Shown here in pieces: positions 30,395 to 37,242 of a DNA stretch of 64,000 bases; positions within the stretch are counted from its first letter, which is position 1, and each line of letters opens with the position of its first letter. The notes under the pieces are model-generated. The model did not search any database. It was not told the DNA's origin and was given only the letters and a program-made list of their open reading frames with translations. This DNA comes from Candidatus Bathyarchaeia archaeon. GTDB lineage: Archaea > Thermoproteota > Bathyarchaeia > Bathyarchaeales > Bathycorpusculaceae. The position numbers and the translations under genes were made by a program. Location: assembly GCA_049514075.1 (NCBI GenBank), contig JBEKVK010000001.1:55297-119296 (forward strand). The letters are read 5' to 3'.

Positions 30395-30814
30395 TTAATA
30401 GTATCTTTCGACTTTGTACCGTTTGTTTCCTAATCGTGCTTTCTTTTTTCTTTGAGCTTCCGAAAGTTTGGCTTTGCCAGTCTTGACTTCGACAATGGTT
30501 GTTTTTCCATGTCGGTCTTTAATGATGAAATCTCCACCTTTGTGAACTCTTGTAACTTCATGTCCTTGCAATGTATGGTTTAATGCAGTCATACCCTCCG
30601 CGGTTTTTCCCCTGACCTTGTTATTTTCAAAGGTGTAAGACTTTACGGCTTTTTTTGCTCCTAAGTCTCCAAAGCCAAAATCAAAGCCAAAAATGCCACT
30701 ATCGTTTGAGCGTTTGCTTCTAACCGATTTCGAGTTGCTTCCTAAACCAACGTCAAAACTTCCGAAACCAAAATCTCCAAAGCCAAAAGGGTCGTTGCTC
30801 TTTCTTTTGGGCAT
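30395..30814 (-). CDS. PD-(D/E)XK nuclease-like protein with an FG-rich N-terminus
   Basis: G..AE...GGDF...VEVK...LS..Q core; N-terminal FGFGDFGFG repeats. Confidence 0.7.
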   Translation of the reverse strand: MPKRKSNDPFGFGDFGFGSFDVGLGSNSKSVRSKRSNDSGIFGFDFGFGDLGAKKAVKSYTFENNKVRGKTAEGMTALNHTLQGHEVTRVHKGGDFIIKDRHGKTTIVEVKTGKAKLSEAQRKKKARLGNKRYKVERYY

Positions 30815-30830
30815 TCGTTACACCAACATA

Positions 30831-30874
30831 CTATTTCTACGCTATGCAGATTTAAGACTTATCTTCATGAAAAC
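30831..30874. repeat. repeat A copy (promoter-like on the minus strand)
   Basis: 38/44 identical to 30320-30363. Confidence 0.85.
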
Positions 30875-31033
30875 TTGGTCTTGATAGGAGCTATTAGCGC
30901 ACGCTTTTTCATCTGTGTTTCTTTTACGGTGCTTCTCTTTTTTTTCTAATCGTTGTATGCTTCTGTTAAGCGTTTTGTGGCTCAGTTGCTTCTCCGTCAG
31001 TTTTATCTCCATGTTAACTCTTAGTCTCTACCT

Positions 31034-31486
31034 CTACTTTGAAACATATATTTTTCCTTGAAAAGTTGCAACCTTGGTTAAGGCATTAGATAGTTTCTCA
31101 ATTTGGTCTTTCCCAGTCAAAAAATGTTTGACTTTAGAATTTGCAAGATTGATGTTGATTTCGCTAGTGAGGTAGGCGCTTTCACGCATTCTAATTTCCG
31201 ATATATCTTCGCAAACTATTGCAAAACTTCCTTTGATTTTTTGTAGTTTTTCATCTAAAGTCATGTCCTTAGTTTCTTGCTCTTTCTTTTGAGCTTTGCG
31301 TTTTCCAAAATGAAAAGCTACTTCGCTTATGACTGCTCCTCCAACAGGTGCATACTGCGCCTTAAAGGATTTAATGAAAATCATTCGTTTATCAGTCAGG
31401 TACAAATCGTAGTTGTCATATCCAGAGAATTGCGCATGATAACGAAAATCCTCAATCTTCGTTATTTGCTGTTCTGAACTTGACAT
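31034..31486 (-). CDS. hypothetical protein, possibly PH-like fold
   Basis: LYLTDKRMIF...I..EDISEI pattern. Confidence 0.55.
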   Translation of the reverse strand: MSSSEQQITKIEDFRYHAQFSGYDNYDLYLTDKRMIFIKSFKAQYAPVGGAVISEVAFHFGKRKAQKKEQETKDMTLDEKLQKIKGSFAIVCEDISEIRMRESAYLTSEININLANSKVKHFLTGKDQIEKLSNALTKVATFQGKIYVSK

Positions 31487-31728
31487 GAAGATTAAGTTTG
31501 CGAGCACTAGCAATTTAAAATTTTCTGCTTGCGGTTTGTATTAGAATAGCCGCTTGCAAGTCTTTCTCTTTGTGCTCTCTTTGTTTTTCTAATTGTGTTT
31601 GTTGTCGTGGGAGCGGTTCGGAGCGCGCGCGCTAAATTCTTGCAAACGCCAAATAAATCATATAATAGTTGCCTTTCACTTACCCGTTTTGCTAATCAGG
31701 GGTTTTGCCCCAAAGACCTTGTGAGAGA

Positions 31729-32430
31729 TTATGGTGTTTTCATTGGCGGTTTTCTGAGACTAGCCAGTTTTGCATTGAGTTTATCCTGTTTTGCTTTTGC
31801 TCTAACAGGCTGAACATAAAAGAAATCAAAAAGACCTTCAAGCACTTCTAAAGTCCATTCGGCTTCTTCAGGCTCTACATCAACTATAAGACCAGTGTCT
31901 TTGCTCTTGAGAGGATGCGCAGCGAAATTACCAATGTTTCTCACTGCGTCAAGGTTTTCTCCAAGACTTGTTGGCAATTTTGGAATTGCAGCGTCAATCT
32001 GTTCGCTCAAGTCCCTTTGGTTAAAACCCTTATCGTTAAGTAGTAGCTGCAAACATCTTCTCGAAAGTGCTGCACTTGCTTTCTCGCTAATTTGAAGGAC
32101 TGCTGCCGCTTCGAGAAAATCGTCTTGAAGGGGTTTAGGAACTTCTGGCGGTACTGTTCGAACCACGCCAAATGGATATACTAGTCTACGCGTCCGTCCT
32201 TGTTTGGTTTCAACTTTGATAACTGCTATTGGTTTTTGACAGCTTGGACATTTTGAGGAATATACAGAAATCGATTCGCCTCCGCTTTCTGTTGCCATGA
32301 AAGCGGGTAGAGAATATCGTCCATTAGGACTTGTTTTTATAATCAGGGCGGGCTCATCAAAACAAACATTAAATTGGCAATGTGGGCATTTTCCTGTACT
32401 GCCGTGAGAATAAGGTTCAGGATTCATCAC
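31729..32430 (-). CDS. zinc ribbon + DUF4145 (HEPN-like) protein
   Basis: CPHC/CPSC, EA......ASAALSRRCLQ and RNIGNFAAH motifs. Confidence 0.85.
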   Translation of the reverse strand: MMNPEPYSHGSTGKCPHCQFNVCFDEPALIIKTSPNGRYSLPAFMATESGGESISVYSSKCPSCQKPIAVIKVETKQGRTRRLVYPFGVVRTVPPEVPKPLQDDFLEAAAVLQISEKASAALSRRCLQLLLNDKGFNQRDLSEQIDAAIPKLPTSLGENLDAVRNIGNFAAHPLKSKDTGLIVDVEPEEAEWTLEVLEGLFDFFYVQPVRAKAKQDKLNAKLASLRKPPMKTP

Positions 32431-32576
32431 TTTAGTTTCCCCTCAGTAACCTATTAGTTCTATAATGGTTTTATAACTTTTGTCAGCGCATCGCGTTCAG
32501 ATATTACGTTTCGTGTCAGTTTGTTTTCTCTTAAATATTTGTTTGGATTTCCTAATTTTTTTTCGTCGGAAGCGAT

Positions 32577-32602
32577 TGCGAGCGCAGCGAGCAGAGCGAA
32601 CC
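32577..32602. repeat. repeat B copy TGCGAGCGCAGCGAGCAGAGCGAACC
   Basis: 24/26 identical to 33280-33305; diverged copy at about 31604-31632. Confidence 0.85.
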
Positions 32603-32698
32603 ATAAAAATCGGTTGTTAAAGACCAACTTTGAATAATTTGGACGTGTTTCAAATTATTTATACTAGGTCGGACAAACGAGGTACTCAGGAAACTCTA

Positions 32699-33199
32699 AT
32701 GTTTCGTCTTAACAAATTTTCCTACAGATTCGCTGAACAGGTTCTAAATAGCAAACTAGCTCTAAAGCAGGAGATTGAAAGCATCCTTACTGAGGACGTT
32801 GACTTAAAATTCTTATCGCGACCCAAATTCAATGAATTGTTGAATGAAAAATTTCAGAAAGCTGGTTGGCAATCTCAACCCGCGGTTTTTGACGAACCAG
32901 AAGATCCAGCAGCAAAAATGGATTTCATGAAGGAAAGGATAGGCATCGAGGTTGCTTTTGGTCATTCCTCATTTATCGGCATCGATCTTCTAAAGTTTCA
33001 AGTCGCCTCATATTCCTCACTTAACAAGATTGATGTGGGTGTATATGTGGTAACTACAAAGGATTTCCAGAACAGAATGATGAAAGAGTACAAACAAAAT
33101 TGGGATGGTTCCCTTAGTTATGAAAAAGTTGTAAAATATCTTCCTCACTTCAAAAGTGCAATTCAAGTGCCAATTTACGTTTTAGGAATAGATTTCTGA
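32699..33199 (+). CDS. BglII/BstYI-family restriction endonuclease
   Basis: GW...MDFMKERIGIEVAFG...DLLKF...IDVGV...VPIYVLGI motifs. Confidence 0.8.
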   Translation: MFRLNKFSYRFAEQVLNSKLALKQEIESILTEDVDLKFLSRPKFNELLNEKFQKAGWQSQPAVFDEPEDPAAKMDFMKERIGIEVAFGHSSFIGIDLLKFQVASYSSLNKIDVGVYVVTTKDFQNRMMKEYKQNWDGSLSYEKVVKYLPHFKSAIQVPIYVLGIDF

Positions 33200-33279
33200 A
33201 AAGTTTTATTTTTTCTTTAATCTTTACTTCTTGTTTGGACGTCACATTGAAGTTCGAGCGTCCGATCGGCAAGAGTAGA

Positions 33280-33305
33280 TGCGAGTGTAGCGAGCAGAGC
33301 GAACC
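33280..33305. repeat. repeat B copy TGCGAGTGTAGCGAGCAGAGCGAACC
   Basis: 24/26 identical to 32577-32602. Confidence 0.85.
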
Positions 33306-33377
33306 GCAAAACTTAGTTTTCAAAGAGAGTTGTGTTTTTGACATGACGTTGTTTGCTGGTTTTCTGTTTTTTGTTTT

Positions 33378-33911
33378 CTAAACTTGGGTTTTTTCTTTTC
33401 CGTCGGTGTTGTGGATCTTCATTGCTTCAATTAATTCATAGGCTAGACTCTGGTATTCTACAAGGTCGGCATTCTGAATTTTACGAAAAATATCTTGAAC
33501 CTTCTTAAAGTCAGATTTGAGGTCGTAATATGGTTTGATCCCGAGTTTGTCTATTTCTTGTGCATAAAATACATTCCATTTAGGCACCACGAATAGAATA
33601 ATTGCATCGTTCCAATATTTCTTGTAGAGTTCAATTCTCTTGATTTGTGGTGTTTCGTATGAAGACATTTTTATTTCTACGAGTTTAACATCGAAGTTTT
33701 CTTCATCGAAAATTAGAAGGTCTGGTGATGTTCTGATTCTTAGTGTGGTTTCAGAAGAGTTCCCAAGACTCTTGTTTAGTTTCTTTTTTACGTTTGAGTA
33801 GGGGTTTTCGTAACCATAGGGGATTGCAATATATTGTGATTTTTCAAAAAGGGCTTTCGTCAATTCTTTGAAAATGTTGCCTTTAAATAAGCTAAGTTGA
33901 AAATCTGTCAA
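33378..33911 (-). CDS. PD-(D/E)XK nuclease-like protein
   Basis: KG..F.E...PYGYE...PDLLI...LVEIK. Confidence 0.68.
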   Translation of the reverse strand: MTDFQLSLFKGNIFKELTKALFEKSQYIAIPYGYENPYSNVKKKLNKSLGNSSETTLRIRTSPDLLIFDEENFDVKLVEIKMSSYETPQIKRIELYKKYWNDAIILFVVPKWNVFYAQEIDKLGIKPYYDLKSDFKKVQDIFRKIQNADLVEYQSLAYELIEAMKIHNTDGKEKTQV

Positions 33912-34134
33912 GTGTTCGCCCTATGAGTGAATGTTTCTTTTAGACGACCAAGTATAAGTAAATTGTTTATTTTTGCTAAGTCTTTTGAATTCGTTCTTTT
34001 GCCTTGTTTTCTGATAATCTTATGTTTTTCCATTTCGTCGAAGCGTTCTAATAGCTTATGTTTTGGGGTCTTGTATTTTTTCCATCCTCTTTCTTCTTTG
34101 TTATTTTGTTTTTTCGGTGGGTTAAGGTTTGTTT

Positions 34135-35124
34135 CTATTTTGGTTTTCTGAATGTCATGTATCCGTCTGGCGTTGTGAATTGGTAGGTGAAGTCTTGGAT
34201 TAGAAGTTCTTTGGCTCTTTGTTTGTCGTTTGTTTGTTCTACTATCCATTCTCCTGTTTGGTTTAGTGCTAAGTGTATGTATCTTTGTAGTGTGTTTAGT
34301 CTTTTGTGTCCTGTGATTTGTCTTACTATTTCGGTGTTTTGTAGTTTTCTTACTTTTTTTGTTATGTAGTAGTGTCTAATATCGTAGAGTCGGGTTTGTT
34401 CTATTGTTGGGTCGTTTAGTCTTTTCGCTAAAAGTTTCTTGTGGTCGTAGAAGTGGTTTGACAGTGTTTCTGAGTTTCCTGCGAATAGTAGGTCTGTGCC
34501 TTTTAGGTTGTGTTTTGTTATGTAGTTGTTTAGAGCTGTTAATAGTTCGTCGCTTATTGGCATTGGTGGTCTTGGGTTGCATCCTTTCAGGCTTCTTGCG
34601 GTTAGTGTTTTTGTGTCTTTGTGGATGTCGTTTACTTGGAGTCCGTTTGTGCCTGTGACTTCTTTTGGTCTTAGTCCTGTTTCTCCGATTATCATTATTT
34701 TTATGTTTAGGGGTTCTTTGGCTGTTGCTATTAGGAATTTTACTTTTTCGTCATTTGGTGGCTGGATGCCTTTGTCTTCTGGGGTGTAATAGGGCTGTTT
34801 CCAATTTTGTATGTTATAGTATTCAACGTAGGTTTTGTAGGCTGATATTAGTCGGTCTTTGTATGCATTGGTTACGTCTTTGTTTGTGTCTTTGCCTGTT
34901 TGTGGGTTGAATTTTTTGAATCTCGCTATTGCAAGGTTGACTTGGTTTGGTTCGTTTAGGTCTGTTTTGCTGGCTAATCTTAAAAGTAGTTTCTTGTAGG
35001 TTTTTCTTGTTGTTTGTTCTTTGCCTAATGCTTCTAAGTTTTCAAGCACTTTGGCTATTTTGGGTATTTGTTCTATAAGGCGAGTATCTGGTGTTTTAAG
35101 CCCAGAAACTGTTTGAATACTCGC
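34135..35124 (-). CDS. intC: tyrosine integrase (open frame extends from the att core; internal GTG at 35049)
   Basis: TGLRPKE, SLKG, RLYDIRH, TGH and QRY give a complete catalytic set; stop-free in frame up to 35124. Confidence 0.92.
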   Translation of the reverse strand, partial: ASIQTVSGLKTPDTRLIEQIPKIAKVLENLEALGKEQTTRKTYKKLLLRLASKTDLNEPNQVNLAIARFKKFNPQTGKDTNKDVTNAYKDRLISAYKTYVEYYNIQNWKQPYYTPEDKGIQPPNDEKVKFLIATAKEPLNIKIMIIGETGLRPKEVTGTNGLQVNDIHKDTKTLTARSLKGCNPRPPMPISDELLTALNNYITKHNLKGTDLLFAGNSETLSNHFYDHKKLLAKRLNDPTIEQTRLYDIRHYYITKKVRKLQNTEIVRQITGHKRLNTLQRYIHLALNQTGEWIVEQTNDKQRAKELLIQDFTYQFTTPDGYMTFRKPK

Positions 35125-35126
35125 CT
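35093..35126. repeat. attR (core 35109-35126), restoring the GT4 3' end
   Basis: direct repeat of 25068-25101. Confidence 0.92.
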
Positions 35127-36301
35127 AAAACGCCCTCGTATATGCGTCTGGTTTGCTGCGCGATTTTTTCCCAATCGTATATTTCTAATACTTTCTTGTA
35201 AGCGTTCTCTCCGATGCGGTGCCTGTAGCTATTGTCCAATAAGACTTTGCTTATTCCCCATGCTAATGAATCGGGGTTGTTTGGGTAAACTTTAACTCCT
35301 GTTACATCATGCTGGATGATTTCGGATAGGCCGCCCGTATCTGAAGCGACGACGGGGCTTTTTGCAGCCATGGCTTCCAAGGCTACAATCCCAAATGGTT
35401 CAAACAGTGATGGCACGACGGACACGTCTGCGCACTGTTGGAGTTTAAGCAGGGTTTGTTCGTCGAGAAATCCTTCGAATAGAACTTTGTGTTCAAGATT
35501 CATGCTGCGTACAATGTTGAGGAGCTGCTCCTTCATGTAGCCGCTACCGACAATTATGAATTTGGCGTTGACTTTTTCCAGGACCTTAGGAACAGCGTTG
35601 ATTAATATGTGGATGCCTTTTTCGTACACTAGCCTGCCTACGAAAAGAACTATTTTTTCTTCAGGCAACGCGAACTTGTTTCTGAAGTCCTTCAAATCCT
35701 CTGGAGTCGTATTGTAGATACTGGTGTTTACGCCATTTGGAACCATAACTAGCTTGTCGTTGGGCAGTCCGAAAGCCCATTTGACATGTGAAATCATGTA
35801 GTCGCTGCAGCAAACAACCTTCCACGCTTCATAAGTCAGCCACGCTTCAGTTTCATGAATCATTTTCTCAGTGTCATTGTGCAACCCATCTCTTCTTCCG
35901 ATTTCAGTGGAATGCATAGTTACCAAAAGAGGCTTTCGAAAAACATGTTTGAGTCCTATTCCCGCGTTAGCGACAAGCCAATCGTGGCAGTGTAGCAGAT
36001 CGATTTTGCTCCCGATTTTTCTCGTCAGCGCCGCTGTTTCTTTTTGCATATTAAGGTTCATCAAGTAGACCCATGTAGCGAAGTCGGGTGACGGGTTCTT
36101 GTACGAGTCGATACGGTAGACTTCTACGCCGTCAATCACTTCATGTGCCGGCGCATCAGGAAAATCGCATGTTACAACGTAAACTTTTACACCCTGCTTG
36201 GCAAGGCTCTTTGACAAGAAGAAAACGTGAGGTGAAATTCCTCCGATAACCCTAGGTGGAAACTCCCAGCTTAGCATCATAACAGTCAAGTCATCTTTCA
36301 T
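35096..36301 (-). CDS. GT4 glycosyltransferase (glycogen/starch synthase-like); integration target
   Basis: WEFPP..IGG, HCHDW, HSTE.GR, GRLVYEKG and EPFGIVALEAMA motifs. Confidence 0.92.
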   Translation of the reverse strand: MKDDLTVMMLSWEFPPRVIGGISPHVFFLSKSLAKQGVKVYVVTCDFPDAPAHEVIDGVEVYRIDSYKNPSPDFATWVYLMNLNMQKETAALTRKIGSKIDLLHCHDWLVANAGIGLKHVFRKPLLVTMHSTEIGRRDGLHNDTEKMIHETEAWLTYEAWKVVCCSDYMISHVKWAFGLPNDKLVMVPNGVNTSIYNTTPEDLKDFRNKFALPEEKIVLFVGRLVYEKGIHILINAVPKVLEKVNAKFIIVGSGYMKEQLLNIVRSMNLEHKVLFEGFLDEQTLLKLQQCADVSVVPSLFEPFGIVALEAMAAKSPVVASDTGGLSEIIQHDVTGVKVYPNNPDSLAWGISKVLLDNSYRHRIGENAYKKVLEIYDWEKIAQQTRRIYEGVLGEYSNSFWA

Positions 36302-36924
36302 CTGGCCTTCAAAACTCCTGAGACGATACTATAGAGGTCTAGAATTTCTTTTATCCAAGAATTTGACCCGGCTGAAACTACTACTATTTTTTCCTGAGGA
36401 ACCTTGTAGATTCGAACTATTTCGTCGCGCATCCATTCTGATTTAACACTGATTTTTTCCGCTTCATAAAAACCCAGCCACTCAATGCTTTTAATCGCCA
36501 TATTGTAGGGTGTGCTTAGACCTTGAGAACGATGGTCTTCTAGGCTTTCAACGGAATAAACAAAAGGTATACCTAACCCGTTCTTCAGGGTCACTGCTGC
36601 AGAAATAAAATGCCAATCGAAGACATCCATTAAGTCAATTTGCTTTTTTGTTTGATAATAAAGGTTGGCTGCAGCTCGTTCAACTTCTTGGTTAAGCGTT
36701 AGAACCCAAGTTAATACTCCGATGTGGGTTCGAACAGGATTTGACACTCGAATTGTTTGCACACCCGTCGATTCTTTGGCGGTTCCTGTCATTGAGTCGT
36801 CGTAAGTTACCACATTCACTTCTACGCCGTTGCCTACAAGCTGGGTTGACAACGCTTTCACGTACTCTGCAAGTTTACCTACGACCCGGGGCGGATACTC
36901 CCAAGAAAAAATGATGACACGCAT
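36298..36924 (-). CDS. GT4 N-terminal-domain-only protein
   Basis: WEYPPRVVG homologous to the neighbouring GT4, but lacks the C-terminal EPFG domain. Confidence 0.75.
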   Translation of the reverse strand: MRVIIFSWEYPPRVVGKLAEYVKALSTQLVGNGVEVNVVTYDDSMTGTAKESTGVQTIRVSNPVRTHIGVLTWVLTLNQEVERAAANLYYQTKKQIDLMDVFDWHFISAAVTLKNGLGIPFVYSVESLEDHRSQGLSTPYNMAIKSIEWLGFYEAEKISVKSEWMRDEIVRIYKVPQEKIVVVSAGSNSWIKEILDLYSIVSGVLKAR

Positions 36925-36931
36925 GTTTCCA

Positions 36932-37183
36932 CTACGTAAAAAGCGAGCAGACTTTAATTATTCCTCTTCCATTGAGATAGTACCGTTTCTTTCCCTCGTT
37001 ATCAATAAAGCTTTCAGCGAAGCCTTCAGACTTGTAGCGATCCAAGATGTTTTCTATTTCACTTGGGTCTTTCTGGAGGAGCCTTGCTACTTCTTCGCCT
37101 CTTCTCGCCAAATCAGCCGCAGTCGCACATAGGTTATGAAGTGTCTGCAAGACTTTGTCAGGAAAGGGAAGCTCGTCTCTCAT
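36932..37183 (-). CDS. small winged-helix protein
   Basis: 83 aa ending in a RYYLNGRG wing-like motif. Confidence 0.6.
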   Translation of the reverse strand: MRDELPFPDKVLQTLHNLCATAADLARRGEEVARLLQKDPSEIENILDRYKSEGFAESFIDNEGKKRYYLNGRGIIKVCSLFT

Positions 37184-37242
37184 CGATAATGCACCGTACC
37201 AAGTTATTTATTAGGAGACTTTCCTTATAAACGCGTTAGTTC

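Larger units (their letters stand above)
25084..35126. mobile_element. integrated rolling-circle-type element (10,025 bp) with a partitioned tyrosine integrase
   Basis: flanking direct repeats, integrase at the right end, HUH Rep, AT-rich G/T-skewed composition, nuclease cargo. Confidence 0.92.

Noticed and set aside
33908-34249. 113-aa minus-strand ORF
   Set aside because: Overlaps the integrase 3' end; the RBS-led ATG near 34085 is in another frame and stops quickly, so it is probably a degraded gene.
18297-35126. tRNA-Gly as the attachment site of the 10-kb element
   Set aside because: Housekeeping genes lie between them, and the real direct repeats map to the GT4 gene end.
34187-35295. 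Plus-strand ORFs opposite the integrase
   Set aside because: Antisense shadows caused by compositional bias.
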